DNA of 64,000 bases from the NCBI GenBank assembly GCA_010015805.1, contig ML978123.1:3038001-3102000 (forward strand), written 5' to 3'. A model generated the notes under the pieces. The model saw only the letters and a program-made list of their open reading frames with translations. It did not search any database and was not told the origin of the DNA. The translations under genes were made by a program, and so were the position numbers. Shown one piece after another: positions 40,502-54,162 of the stretch (its first letter is position 1; every line of letters starts with the position of its first letter). The DNA is from Rhizodiscina lignyota (taxonomy: Eukaryota).

Positions 40502-41261
40502 TCATACTTTGCGCGCCATCAATTCGACGACTTTTGGCCGCTTCTCGTCCCATTCATCCCAAACAATCGAAAAGTTAGCAGTGTGTCTCCCCGAAGCTTC
40601 TCTCTTGGTGCCATTCCTTTTCTCAAGTGCTCCCACAGGGAGTCCAAGTTTGGCATCTGCAAAGGCGCGATGCCATCTCGAGATTCCTTCGAACTCGAAA
40701 CCCATTCGCAATGCCGTTGTCCGCGAGGCCGTGTTTCCCGTATGTGTTCGCCATTCAACACGTCGGAGTCCTAAGCCTCCTGCAGAGGGCGGATCCAGTA
40801 ATCGCAGGAGGGCAAGTCCAATAGCATTTGTTGTAACGTGCGTGCGTTGAAACTGGGGGAAAACCATGACACCCAGCTCTGTGACTGCGTTTTCGGGGCT
40901 TGTTCCGTTCAATGATAAGACACCAGCGTATTTACTGGAAGTGTTCATCTCTTCCTTAATAGCACTCTTGTCGAAGATCACGTATAAACAGTCCTCAGTC
41001 GGTGTTCTGAATCCCTTGTCGTAAACTTCTCTCACGAAGTCTTCCTTGGTGTCTATGGGTGGGAACGACACGTATCTAAAGGCATCCGGATCGGCTTTCA
41101 GCACCTCCACGAATGGTGCTGAGTGGATATCTGGCTACCGCATGGTAAACAGTTAGGGCAGGCCACCTTTGATAAGATGGTCCACGCACGTCAAATATTT
41201 CGAGAGCGATAAGATCATTCTCCAAGCGCCGATGCTCATAGTGGGAGGCCGGTTCAGACAT
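40502..41261 (-). CDS. GNAT acetyltransferase (RimJ/RimL-like); intron 41135-41189
   Basis: ELGVMVFPQFQRTHVTTNAIGL, GLRRVEWRTHTGNTASRTTALRMGFEFEG. Confidence 0.88.
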
Positions 41262-41806
41262 GGCGCAACACGCTTATGATGAGACTAAAAGACTGATACA
41301 AGGAACGTGCTGGCAGAACTTATACGATGTGTATAGTGGTGATCAACGATGAAATGTGTGTAGGTATGAAAATAGACGGGCCTGATTGAGCCGGAGATAG
41401 GTGTGTGTGTATCATGAGCACGGTACATCCTGCGGCTACTGCGCAATTAGAGGGGCTAGGCAGACAAGGACAAGAGAGACTCCGAAGCCGGTGGTCTTCT
41501 CGTTTATGAGGGGATTTGCTGGGGTGGCTAGCAGTCCGCCAGGTGTACGGAGTATCGCATCCTCTATGGAGTAGATCACGTGATGAATGCTCGAGGAGGA
41601 GACCTCCAGCTTGGAGAACCTTGGAAGGCACCAGTGATAGATCGCGTATTAATTAATCTCTCACTAATTCTGTGGATAGTAAGAAGATTATGTGTAGTGG
41701 TATACTACTACCCGAATAAATATGCGATAGCTTACTTTCAAGACTAGTAAACCAGGTGAAAATTGCTACATAAAAGGGATGAGACAGAAACAATGAAGAA
41801 TATGGG

Positions 41807-42793
41807 CTATCTCTTGCCCAACGCCGCAAACCTCTTCGCTAAATCATCCGCATCAGGTATCTTGCCCCCCGGCCCACCTGCATCATCCTTCTTCTTCGCC
41901 CCAGCTCCTGCTCCGGCCTTCTTCATCTTGCCTCCAGGTTTTAGTTCGCCTATTTGCCCGGGGACCTTCACTCCTGGGGCTAGATTATCTGTACTTGGAC
42001 TTGGGGGGGCCACTCTTACTGGACTCTGAGGGCCCAAGGCCTTAGGAGGCGTAGCTCTCGCCAGATCCTCTGTTTCCAGCGGTGCTTCTAATGCCTTGAC
42101 CTTCTGTCCGCCGTCCCTCCCTTCGGCGTCATCGTCATCATCCTCCTCCTCTTCGCCCTCAAGGAATGGGTCTCCTGGAAAGTGTACGCCGTACGTCTTG
42201 CATATCTCTCTCAGATACGCATTAACCAGCTCTGTGCTCGGTGTCTCCGTCTTCAGCTTGTTTAGTACTCTCTCCGCCACGCCCTCTCCATCCATAGCTG
42301 CGATTGCAAAGTCTTTCCCAAACTTCTCAATCAGCAAATTTCGTGCCATGTGTAGCTCCTTCACCTCCGTCCTCGTCGCCGCGTATATCAGACTCCTGAC
42401 AGCCTCCTCCAACCCCGGATCTAGCACCACCTCATCCTTCCCGCTGCCCGTCAGACTATGCGATATTGATTGAGGCGGATCAAGGAGCTGCGACCGTGCG
42501 AGGAGCAATTCGCAGTATAGCTCGAGGATTTCGTGAAGCTCGGTGGTGATATCGGAGCGGATAATGTTCTCGACGCGGATCCGTGCGGATTCGAGCTTTC
42601 CTTGCTCGATAAGCTGGGCCATTGCGCGCCGTTGCTGTTTCGCGATTGCAGAATCCTTTTGCTGGGTCATGCGTAGGCGGGAGATAGAGAGCTTGAGCTG
42701 CACCTTGAGCTTGGACTGTCTGATAGTCAGTAGGGTTCAGTTTGGGGTATGGGTGGGAACTTGACGTACGACCAAGCTCGAAGGGGGTGCCAT
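41807..42793 (-). CDS. ist1: Ist1 (regulator of Vps4, ESCRT-III-like); one 5' intron
   Basis: KLKVQLKLSISRLRMTQQK..ARIRVENIIRSD..EILELYCELLLAR. C-terminal MIM-like DDLAKRFAALGKR. Confidence 0.92.
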
Positions 42794-43403
42794 GGTGATA
42801 ATGGAAGATTGTGGAGACTAGGGTATGGTATATTCGCTGTCGTCGAACTTAACGGCTGCTGGTGAGGTTGAAGTTGAGATGAAGTAAGGGTAAGGCAGCA
42901 CCCCGCGGTTTGCATTGGCTCGGATGGTCCCGCATTTAGGTACCTGAGGCACCCATCGCTTGAGTGAATGACGTCCCCCGTCTCAGCCCTACGCGTGCCG
43001 AGGCGGTACCGATAATCTTAGTGGACCGCTCTTGGAATTCCTCGATATCACTCTCTTTCGTACATCTTCGTCGGAGGATGACGTCTCTCATGAACTGCTG
43101 CTCCAAATCCCCCCGTTCTTACGCCCAGGCAGCGCGATGGAGGAGCGTGACTAGGTGACTAACAGTAATGGCGAGGCTGATCCATCCTTTGCGCAGACCG
43201 GGGTAAGACAGGCGCACACCATCATCGCGCGTGCTTGAGTCGCATTTACGACAACGCCTTCCAACTCACTCACCGCAGGTAGGACAGTATGTAACCACTC
43301 CATTCCTTCTGCCTTGTATTTACGCTGTTCATAACCTGTCGTTTCTCTGTCGCCTTGTCCACTCGCTTCTTTCCACCTGATTGCGTGTGGTTCATGATTC
43401 CTA

Positions 43404-45915
43404 ATGACTTCTCTGAGTCCGCGACGGAGCTCCTCCGCACCTGTAATTAACATTGAGCCTGAAGAACGCGAACTTGAAGGTGCGATGTTCTTTTAATACT
43501 GCCTGTCATGAAGGCTAATCATACTACTATAGATCAAGAACAGGAAGCAACTGTTGGTGCACCAGACCCTCGAGCACAACCAAACAACAGCCGTCCCCAG
43601 CGTAATTTCAGGCGCACCGCCTCCCAGCCACATAGAAAGAGACGAAAGACTTCTCCGAGTCCCGGCCTTGACTGGAAGGGTGACTGGAGCCAAGACACTT
43701 TCAAAGATGGACGCGTCTTGGTACTCGACTACGTCTCGCGCGATTTCGCCGACGATCACCGCCGGCGCGTTCTAGCGAACGAATACCACAATATTGAGGG
43801 TTTGCGGCACTTCTATAGACACGAGGCGCCAAGCCGAAATCCAGCACTAAGGGTTATACATGTGCAAAATAGTTGGTGGGCAAGGAGGTTCCTGTTGCGC
43901 AAGTTCAATATCGATCCTACGGATGATTTGGTCGGTACTAGCTTTGGGAAGTGGGCTGCGTTCACCACACCGCAGCGCCGAGCGGGCAAGCCGATGCTGA
44001 ATGGAAAGGCGTTTCGGAACCAGCGCGATCCTTGGAGAGGAATATCAAGATGTGCGTTTGGGATGGACTACCTGAAGTATTACTCTCCAGGACGTTGCCC
44101 CCCAAATAAAAGCGGCTTCAAGATGATGGAGTTGAATGGATTCGACTCGAGAGGAGATCCCGCGTATCTAAATGACGTGTATGTGCAAAGACTTTCCGTG
44201 TACATCCAGAAGAACGATGGAGAGCCGAGTGTGCCGACAGACCCCGACCTGCGCAATCCGTATTCGACCACGGAGCGAGAAGAGCAAGAGAGAATTAAGA
44301 GGAGATACTCACGGCTTGCTCAACAAGCGGACTTATCAGCAGACGACTATGTGCCAATATTGAAATCGTTGGATAATGGTACGAATCTTATACGAAGCAA
44401 TTGCTATGCACTTGTATGCTAATAGGTCTGGCAGGCTCTACAGTCATCATATTCGAAGACTCGACAACTAGCGACACACAAGATACATTGATTCAAGCAA
44501 GACGAGAGGTTGAAACCCGGTGGCGGAAACTGACTTTCTACCTTCCCAAGGAGGAACTTGACGAAGAGCATCTCGCTATGGAGTGCATGAATTTGGTACT
44601 CAGCGACGTTTTCAAAGCTCTGAGCACGTCATGGGAGAAGTATCTGCACAAGTCTGCAGCCCACGTCTCCATCCTGGAAGACAAGATCTACGAGCAGCCT
44701 GCCGATGAATCTCGCGCACCTGAGCTTTGGCTGAATTCCTCGACATGGCTGAAGGTAGAGCGCCTGGTGTACACGCATCAAGACATAGTCAAAGAAACTA
44801 TAGTCTATCTGAACTCGCTCTTCGATGACGACCCGCACGGAGGATGGCTCGGCAGCACCCTCGAAGACTTCGAACGGGTCGAGCATCTCGTGCAAGAAGA
44901 TCTCGTCAAGCCCACCGACTCCCTCAACGATCTTATGTACAAATCCGTCGAGATTCGTGATTCTAGGCACTCCCTCCAACTCGGAACTAGCATGTGGCGC
45001 CTCTCCTGGATCACGTTCATCTTCCTCCCACTTACGTTTATCGTTTCCTTCTTCGGTATGAACGTCGACACCTTCCAATCCGGTGCCCCATCCATAAAAT
45101 GGTGGTTCATCGTCAGCGTCCCCATGATGTTTCTTGTCTTTTTTATATGGTACATTATCAAACACTTCCTCGCGCAGCGTAGACAGGACCCCTTAGTCCG
45201 CGGCACATACGAGCATCTCTTCCATGATCTCTCGAACGAGCATCCGCAGCTGTGGTCTCGCAATGGTCCGAGGGATTATATTGAGCCGAAAGGCCGCATC
45301 GCCAATTGGAAGTGGTACTTCCTGAAGAAATGGTTCGCACCCGCGAAGACTATTGCCGCCAAAGGCTACGACCAAGACATCGACGGCCTCGGCGCGTGGG
45401 CCCGCGTCAAACGCGCCCTCGCTATCCGCTGGCTACCGCAGATAGGCGTCGCGAACGCCACCAAGGCCGACGAGGAGGAGGGCACCGAGCTATCTGAAAC
45501 GCTCTACGGCGACGGCGAAGCGCGCCCGCCAGATCCGAGCGGGGATTTCGATGCTATCCGCGATGCGCTGCGCTACGCAAACCGCGTCGGTATGGCGGAG
45601 GCGGAGCCCCAGATCGCGATGAGCCCGCGCTTGAGTCCGCCGCCGAGCAGGGCGAGTCGCAGCCGCGCGCGGAGGAGTAGTCCAAAGCAAAGGGAAGAGA
45701 GTGGGAGTGGACGGCCAACGAGTCAGGGTAGTGGGAGTTGCATGATCACGGAGGAGTTAATTGGGAGTGAGGGCGATGAGAGCGATGCTGGTGGGATTCA
45801 GGAACGGCCGCGCGGTGCGCCTGGGGGTGCAGAGAGCGGGGGAGGGAGAGATGGAGGCTTGGGGTTGTTGGAGGTGCCGATTGGGTTGGGCGGGTCGTCT
45901 GCTGCATCTTTTTGA
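43404..45915 (+). CDS. CorA-like Mg2+/metal transporter family protein; introns about 43480-43532 and 44379-44434
   Basis: RLSWITFIFLPLTFIVSFFGMNV (GMN signature) plus second TM helix. 5' exon inferred from splice signals, start uncertain. Confidence 0.85.
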
Positions 45916-46501
45916 GGTATAGTCATGGTCATGATGCGATAAATAAATGAACCGTGTAACCGCCCTGCAAGTTCCTGAGTTCTGCTCGTGAGCGTTTCGC
46001 GCGCCTCAGTCCGCCAACAAGTATATCCAAAATACTCGAGGCTCAAGTCCTGCACAGGAAAAGAGTAGATTGGAACAAAATCCTTCAACATGAGAGCGTT
46101 CTCACTTTGCGAGCAAATCGAATAAAACTTTCAGAGGGCAGTTTGCGATGTATGCGATGACATTCCAAATGCTCCGCCCTGCCAAGACGTCGGCGGCTGC
46201 ATATGCATGTAATATCGAATCTTTTAAGGGCTGATGATCTTACTCCAGGATTCTGACTAGATCTTATTGCCGAGGCTGCTCGAGAGCGGCGTGAGCGATT
46301 TCTGAAAATGGGGAGAATTGTTTCCGAGCGTGGCATGAGATTTCTGAAGATAGCACTTGAAATTCAGTAATAGAGTCGTAGTTGGAATCTCTCACATGAT
46401 ATACAAACAGTATCTTGGGATAGTGATATATACAAATGTGACCTTTCGTACTCCTTGTAAATTGAACTCTGCTTTAGCATCTCAAATATAGCTTCCCAAA
46501 A

Positions 46502-47056
46502 TCAACCGCAGTTTAGCGCAGCACCGCCGAATGTGAATCCAGCAGGAACCTGTGTGCAACCCAACGTGCTACCGGGGTCAATCCCCGGAATTGCTGTGCC
46601 CCAAAAATCTTGACTTAAGATGAATCCACAGCCGTCCTGAGTAAATAGCTGTAGATAACAGCCCTCTGAGTTACTCCGCGGCAGCGCCGTCATCTCAACT
46701 TGAATCAAGTTCTGGTCGTTAATCGGGAGCTCCGAGCAGCCCTCTTCGGTGATTGAAACAGATGTCGCAGTGCCGGCACTACCGTCGTTGAGAATCTTGT
46801 CACTCTTGCTGCTGCAGGAGAAGCTGCCGCCGGTGAACACTGTGAGGTTGGCGAAGGCAGGACCGCCGGTGGGTTTGCCTTTGCGGGGGTAGAGTATATG
46901 TGGAGTAGCAGTGGCGAAGGAGATGCTGACGAGAGCGAGAGTGATGGCGAGGTTGAGCTTCTAAAAGGCATTGTTAGCTTTTTGGATCTTTCAATTGAGG
47001 AAATTGATCTTCAATGCGGTAGAGATAATGAAAGAATATGGGCCGAGTCGTACCAT
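46502..47056 (-). CDS. Small secreted protein with 6 Cys; ATG-only first coding exon, intron 46961-47053
   Basis: ATG|GTACGA...GCTAAC..TAG|AAG gives MKLNLAITLALVSISFATATPHILYPR...FTGGSFSC...LNCG. Confidence 0.8.
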
Positions 47057-48503
47057 TTCGAAAGTCAAGATTATCGGTATGTGTAAAGAAACGTATGAGA
47101 ACCTGAATGTGAGAGTGAGGGAAATGAGATGCAGATCTGACTCTCAAAATGCTGCAGTTGCTGATAGAAGACAAAGAATACTGTCTACATTTTATACTCC
47201 TTTGCTGTGAGTACTGCAAGGCATATCCAACACCTTCCAGATTTCAGTTTGAATTCCAGATTTCAGGCCAAGCATTTTATCGTCCTCTTGGCAATAATGC
47301 GGAGTCGCTCTTCTTGGACGCTGTGCCGTCTTCTGAGAGGTTCTTAAGGCTCTCTCGCCGTCCAGATCTTGAGCCGCATAAGACTCAACATGCCATTGTA
47401 CGGGGTAAGCGGATGGGAATTTGGATGTGGAGGTAGCGTAGATGTAAGGATACGGCTGTATTTGGATAGTTAATGTGAACTTGGAGCTTGAAGAGGAAAT
47501 TAATGGGGTAAGCCTTAAGAATTCAGCATGAAATATACGAGATGAGATGGGAACTAGATTCAATCCGGTCGGCCCGTCAGCTGATGGAGCTTGACCTGCG
47601 AAAAGGTCTGGAAATACAAATGCTTGTATCTGCATGCTCATCCATGTGCTGATGGCTCTGTGAAGCGAGAGATGCGGCCATTCAATGCCTCATTTTGGAC
47701 AAGGAGCGTATATTATGAAGGTAGAGGAGGTGAGTCGGTAGGGGTCGAGAAAAGCTTTGTGAAGAAGCTCGAAGTTCCAACCACCCAGCGCCACTGCCGC
47801 CCTCCCGCCCCCCTGCATTCCCATGAGCGGAACACGAGTCCAAGAGAGTATCTCCAGCGATTGCCAAGGCGGCGGAAGTAGAATCGAAGCTCCAAATAAG
47901 AGGGATCTTCACTCTTAGAGCAATGCGCCAAGATGAAGTGTCCTCGAAATAGACGTCTGGCCTTACGAGACGAGGTGCTCGGCTGGTAAGAGCCGAACCT
48001 GGCCTTGCATGAGCCTCAGGGGGCTTCGGCATACCGCAATGCAATCATTCCGCATGGTTTCTACAGGTCGGAGCATGTATGTTCTCCTTATTCGACACTC
48101 GGCGAACCGTGATTCGCTTGGACGGACTTGACTGCATGGCCTTCCCAGAAGGGACGCCCTCATGCCTGGCCACAAGAGTTTGTCCGCGAGAGCTCCGGGA
48201 TATGTAAGAAGGCATTGCCAAGTAAAGACAGGGTCTGTTGACGAGAGACATCGTTCGATGGCGAACTTCAACCGACAATAATGGATTCTGGCTCTCAGCT
48301 GGAAGATGCGATTCCTTTGGCGGTGAAATTGGCACAACGGAAGATTGCCAGGATGCCGCTCCACTTCCATTTCAAGTCTAGGATACGATAGCGGGCCCCC
48401 AAATTAGCATCCGCGTCGACTCCTCGTCTTCAACGTCGACGAGGTTGCGAACATCGGCTATGCACAACGAGTATGCAGGAAACTTGCACCTGTTCTACAC
48501 ATC

Positions 48504-50846
48504 ATGTCTTCTGCAAGTCCTACTTGGACCCCAGGATCCAATATTGTCCCTCTGAAGCGCCCGCGTCCAGTGAAATCATGCTTGAGCTGCCGCAGCAAGA
48601 AGCTAAAGTGCGACCGAGAGCAACCGTGTGCGCAATGTATTCGAATGAATCGAGCGGAGCAGTGCGACTACGATGAACATGCTGGGAGTTTGAGTGTGCA
48701 TGCAAGAGACGTGCCGCGCTCGCAAACCGCATCGCGACCTGAGGCGTCTGCCATCAACCACCGTCAGCCTCTATCAAGAACTCCTGATCTGAACAGGAAT
48801 CGGCTAGAGGCGAGCGGTGTACCTTCTCCTGGAGATGATGTCAGAGAACTCAAAGCACGCGTTGAGAGGCTCGAGAATTTGATCTCCAGGATTAATGGGA
48901 TCAATGACCAGTCGATGTTACCCCCACACAACGATACGAAGTTTCCTTCGAATGAAAGATTTACAGACGACGAGACTGCACATGGAAAGATGAGGTATCA
49001 GGGGCTTAGCAATACCCGCTCATTAGTAGCTTTGGTACGTTCATCTTAAGTTCTTACCCATAAGTGTTTCGTTGTGATCGAACATATGTGCCTTTTCTCA
49101 CGTGCCACATTCCTGTCTCGAGTTGCTGCTGTGATACTGACTAGGTAGTTCCCTGATGTGGAGTCGTACTCCCAGGCTTTACTCTCTGATCCGAATCTAA
49201 AACCAGAATTCGAAAATCTGCGGCGAATGTTTCCAAAGGAGAAGACAAGTCGTGAAAGATCTCCACCTGTGTCGATAGAGTCGATATTATCTATAATTCC
49301 TGCCCAGGATGTTGGCGAGCATCTCGTTACTTCGTATGCGACCAACTTTCCCAAGATATACCAAGTGCTGCACCTCGCAACATTTCGTCGGCAATGTAGT
49401 CGCTTTTGGGATCTTGATGCCGCCAGCAATGAAAAGTTTCGTACCGAATTCGGACCTCTTCTTGCACTGGTCACTTCTCTCGGATCCAATTTTTGGCAAC
49501 AGCAGACTAGTGGGCCATGCCTAAATCTCCACAAGACATGTGCGTTAGTGGATGACTGGCTCTCTGGGCTGGACTGTAAGAAACAGCTGCAGCCAATGGC
49601 ACTTCAGACATCATGCATCCTCGTGCTATCGATGGGAATGCTATCGATGCCCTCTGTACGTATATGGCAGTATTCTGGCGATCTTGTACGCTCTGCCCTC
49701 GCGATTGGGCTGCACAAGGATCCAGATGAGCTTGATCCGCAAATGTCACCCCTTCAAGCTAATCTCCGAAGGAGACTATGGTACATCATTGCCAATTTGG
49801 ACGCGGAAGTATCGATACTGTCCTGTTTACCTAGCCTGGTACAGGTAACACCTTATAGCTGCCGCGTGCCGACCGCAGTTCCGACGGAGGATGTCAGCAT
49901 GGATGCCACGGAGGAGATCCAGAATTATGGTCCCGATGACACTGACGATATCACTTACCAATCCGAACTCGTGAACTCTCTCCCCCTGAGACTTCGGGCC
50001 CTGCAAGTCCTCACCCAATCTCCGGCAAATCCAACTGAAATACGAATGGTCCTTGAAGACTTAGAGGCTAGAAGAATATCCTTACCCTCCCCTCTTCGGT
50101 TTTCAGACTCGATGTCTGCATCTGATTCCATGCATACCTACAACAACATGATGCTAGATATGTGCTTCAGAAGGCCGATGATTTCTTTGAACACGCTGGG
50201 CCTGCAGTGCCCTGGGTATCTCGAAACTAAAGACGATGTCGCTCACTGCATCGGATTATGCATGGCAGTCATGTCACTTTCCGAGGTCCTTGATGCCGAC
50301 CTCTCAGACGAGCAGTTTACAGTGGACGATCATATCTGGCGACTCTTCCAAGTGTTCAATCTCGACGACATTATACGAGCAGCATACTCCGCTTGCTTTT
50401 GCCTGAGGCTCATCGACGAGGCCGCGCGAACCCCAGAAGAACAACGTACGATTCCGCAGTTCGATCTCAATATTCCTAAGTCAGCGGTCAGGCGAAGTGT
50501 AGAGGACTTAGTAAAGACATATCTGAACAAGAAATCGGATCTCAGACCAGTTCTGAAGCAAGTCATGGCGCTAGCGATGGCCTCAGAATCCACCAAGCAG
50601 GCAAGAACGGAGGCCGCTAAGCAAGACCTCATGCGAGCCAGTCTTCTGCGGGTCTTGCAGCAGTGTCGCGAGCGCCATGCCGCCGACGAGAGACGTGGTT
50701 CCCATGGGAGTCAATCGGTCCACTCAGATTCCGCGAGCTTAACGTCCACACTGGACTACGACCAATTTCTTTGGCCCGATTTTGACCTGGATTACACATC
50801 CTTCAGCTGGGATATGGGGCTGCTCCCAGAAGTGCAGATGCCTTAG
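48504..50846 (+). CDS. Zn(II)2Cys6 transcription factor with fungal-specific middle domain; intron 49035-49148
   Basis: CLSCRSKKLKCDREQPCAQCIRMNRAEQC, coiled coil LKARVERLE, GLHKDP..LRRRLW. Confidence 0.92.
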
Positions 50847-51621
50847 TAAGCGCAAACTCAAACGACATCCATTGCGTCTACTGTCATTCACTGCACTCCG
50901 TGGACATCTGCAACTCTAGAGGCGAATTTTGAACGGATATCGGCATCTGTATCCGCGCTATCATGATTTTGAGCCACGTCTGTTTGGAAGACATGCCTTC
51001 TGCAGCAGATCGGCCCAGATCACCAGTTCCCTCCTTTACATCTTATACGTCGACCCTACTCAAGCTGATATCGGTGCAGGTCTGCCTGGGGACGTATTTC
51101 GTCGAGAGTCTATGATCCGTGGAATGTTGTTGGAATAGAGGACAGGGGATATATGGTGCAATCGTCCAGTCGGAAGAATCACGGCTCCATCGAGGATCCA
51201 AAGATATAGAATTGGGTGACTGCGTGGCGAATTAATCGATAAAAACCAGTCAGCGCTTTCGAGCTCCTCTTCGTTGGACGAATTCCATACCACTCCGCAT
51301 AAGGACCGCTACTGTCCGCGTTTGGCGGTGCTATTTCAAGTTCATCGAGTATGTGGGAACGTGCGCCTCTAACCCATACCCTCTTGATGCCATCCGGTGG
51401 TTGTCCTGCTGGGATGGAGATCCGTCTTCGGTTTGGGGATGGAATGACCACACTCGAGACCAAGTTGCAGAATCCAACACCTCGACGCGTAAGCTTTTCA
51501 TTTCAATCCAGAGTAACGGAACACACTTGATACGTCATTTATGAGTGAAAAATGACTCAGTCCGAATCCTTTCCACGATCTTCGCCTCCGGCGGTCTGTT
51601 GTGCTTAATATTCTCCATATA

Positions 51622-51658
51622 CCCGGAGCCGGTGACCCCGGAGCCGGTGTACCGGCCG
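51622..51658 (+). promoter_or_regulatory. Tandem CCCGGAGCCGGTG direct repeat, candidate Zn2Cys6 binding site upstream of the FAD monooxygenase
   Basis: Exact 13-bp repeat at 51622-51634 and 51637-51649, plus a further CCGG. Confidence 0.45.
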
Positions 51659-51910
51659 ATAAGGAAGGCCAACCTGGTTTACATTCGCATCGGTGCAGAA
51701 CATTGGTGCAGAGCATTGTTGCAATCGTACGACCGTTTAATCAGAATCCTTGCCTTCTCGTTTCATATATCTTCAGTGCTTTCAGAGTTCTGAATGCTAC
51801 CACAATCACAAGAATCTCCGCTCATATCATACGAACATCAGCAACCACCAAATTCGAGATTGAACAGCCCATCAGCACAACCTACGAAGACCGAAGTGCA
51901 ATACGAGAAA

Positions 51911-53194
51911 ATGGCCACTTCCACACTTTCCACTCCGCCCAAGACTGTCACCATCATTGGCGCAGGCCTCGGCGGACTCACACTGGCCTTGGCATTGCAC
52001 AAATTTGGCATCAAGACGAGATTCTTCGAACTTCGAACACCAGACTACGACTTTGGAGGAGCGATCATGCTTTCTCCTAACGCCCTCCGTGTCCTCGATA
52101 AGATCGGTGCGTACGAGCGCATCAGTGATAAGGGATTCCACTTCAATATCATGACCTTCAAAAGCGACTTCGACTTCAAGACGACGGGAAAGTACTACTT
52201 CGGCGACAAGAAGATGTACGAGTACAACGCAGTTCGCATTTACAGAAAGGCCATACTCGGAGAGCTGCGAAAGATGGTTGAGGAGCTTGGTATCCCAATT
52301 GAGTACGGCAAGAAATTCTCGCACGTCGTCTCTGAAGACGGTTCTGGCGTGCGATTCGCCTTTGCAGACGGATCCGAAGAGACTGCCGAACTTCTCATCG
52401 GCACCGATGGCATCCACTCGACAGTCCGAAAATATCTCTTCCCCGATATTGAGCCCAAGTATGCTGGCTTCATTGGCGTAACTTACGCCTTCCCAGACTC
52501 GAAACTCCGCATCCCAACAGGTCAACAAAACGAAGAATACCCAATCTCGTTCATGGGGAAGAAAGGTGTCTTCGTCATGGCCCGCCAAGGCGCTGACGGC
52601 AAAGAAATGTTCGTCGGCCGACAATTCCACTACCCGCAGCAAGAACGGTCAGGCTGGGACTGGTTGCTCAAAGAGAGACAGGAGTTGGTACAATTACATC
52701 AGGGCGACATGTCGGAATGGTCTGACTGGGTTCAGTCAGCACAGGAGCAGCTCAGTGGGCCGGACGCGCATTCTTTGGCCATCTGGCCCTTCCACGCTGT
52801 GCCGAAGATTAACAAATGGTTCAGCGACGCCGGGAGAGTTGTCATCATGGGAGATGCTGCGCATGCGATCCCGCCAACTGCTGGCCAAGGAGCTAACCAA
52901 GCATTCGAAGACAGCTACAGTCTCGCTTTCTTGATCAAGTCATTGTCCCCCGATATCGATCTCACAACCGCATTGGCAAACTGGCAACACTATAGACAGT
53001 CGAGAGTCGACCAGGTTCTGCAGCTTTCGGACAAGATGAACAACCTTAGGCTCTCTGAGGAAGAGAAGAAGCTGGTTCCACCGGAGCAGGTGTGGCACGA
53101 CTCGGGTGAAGGAAATGAACTTGCTTGGCTGTATCTGGAGGATATTGAGAAGAGCATGTCCGCTGTGATGGCAAAGGCGTCGAAGAGCGGGTGA
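51911..53194 (+). CDS. FAD-dependent monooxygenase (class A aromatic hydroxylase, salicylate hydroxylase-like), intronless
   Basis: IIGAGLGG, IGTDGIHSTVR (DG motif), VVIMGDAAHAIPPTAGQGANQAFED (GD motif). Confidence 0.93.
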   Translation: MATSTLSTPPKTVTIIGAGLGGLTLALALHKFGIKTRFFELRTPDYDFGGAIMLSPNALRVLDKIGAYERISDKGFHFNIMTFKSDFDFKTTGKYYFGDKKMYEYNAVRIYRKAILGELRKMVEELGIPIEYGKKFSHVVSEDGSGVRFAFADGSEETAELLIGTDGIHSTVRKYLFPDIEPKYAGFIGVTYAFPDSKLRIPTGQQNEEYPISFMGKKGVFVMARQGADGKEMFVGRQFHYPQQERSGWDWLLKERQELVQLHQGDMSEWSDWVQSAQEQLSGPDAHSLAIWPFHAVPKINKWFSDAGRVVIMGDAAHAIPPTAGQGANQAFEDSYSLAFLIKSLSPDIDLTTALANWQHYRQSRVDQVLQLSDKMNNLRLSEEEKKLVPPEQVWHDSGEGNELAWLYLEDIEKSMSAVMAKASKSG

Positions 53195-53615
53195 GGTGGT
53201 CTGGTCGAGGAGCTCGAGAGCTACGAATGAACTACGGAAGATATACCAAAAACTGTATTTAATGAATTAACTTGATTTTCCTCATTATCCTGATCCTAGC
53301 GTTTGGCACTGTGACTCAGTGCCATTGTTTCATACAAGTACACCTTGTCTCACGTCCAACTCATTGAGATCCTGCATGTTTAGAAGCGCTAGAAAGAAAC
53401 AGCTTAGCAAACTACACGAGCACTTATCAGACACTATGGAACTCACCAGCAACGCAATCAACGAATTGGCCCAGGCTTTCACTCTGCCGTACCACCGCCG
53501 GCACCGGCGGTGGACTGTTGCTGGAGAGCGAGCATCCGCGGCGGCAGGCTTTGGGGTTTCCGGGGAGCGTACGACGGCTGGGGCTGAGCCCATCTCCTTG
53601 TAATTTGATTGCTGT

Positions 53616-54101
53616 TTACCACAAACGTGAATGCCGCTTCCACCACTTGAGCGTAAACACCCGTTTACATGCCTCTGGCCAATCCTTCTTCCTTTCGGGC
53701 CATTCCACTCCTCGCTTTTTCTTGCAGAGCGCCCAAAGAAACTTGCCCATAACCGCTTCGACAGTGCATGGGAAAGGCCAGAAGCAGCCACGAGAGGCAT
53801 TATAGCACTTCCTGTAGTGTTTTTCGTCCTTTCGCTGGGCGAATTCTCTGCGCCCTTGGCGGAGAACGTACACCATGTCGCGCCGGGTTTGGCGGTTCAA
53901 GAACAGTAGAGTCGAGATCTGGTGCGCGTACATCTTTCGGAACAGCTTTGTCGTGGTTTCTCCCAATGCGGGCTTCAGTGAGAATTCTCCGCCGGGAAGG
54001 AGGAATCCTGGATCGAGAAGGAACTTGAGAATTTTCTGCCGCAGCTCGATTGGGAGATCCATGAAAGAGAAAGTAGAGGGCTGTAGGGTTGCTGGATCCA
54101 T
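53616..54101 (-). CDS. Small protein with N-terminal F-box-like motif
   Basis: FSFMDLPIELRQKILKFLL, later LLFLNRQTRRDM. Confidence 0.6.
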   Translation of the reverse strand: MDPATLQPSTFSFMDLPIELRQKILKFLLDPGFLLPGGEFSLKPALGETTTKLFRKMYAHQISTLLFLNRQTRRDMVYVLRQGRREFAQRKDEKHYRKCYNASRGCFWPFPCTVEAVMGKFLWALCKKKRGVEWPERKKDWPEACKRVFTLKWWKRHSRLW

Positions 54102-54162
54102 TATGGTCCTGTTGACTTGTTTGTAAGAGAACACACTTGTCGACTACTAGAATTGGGAGAGT

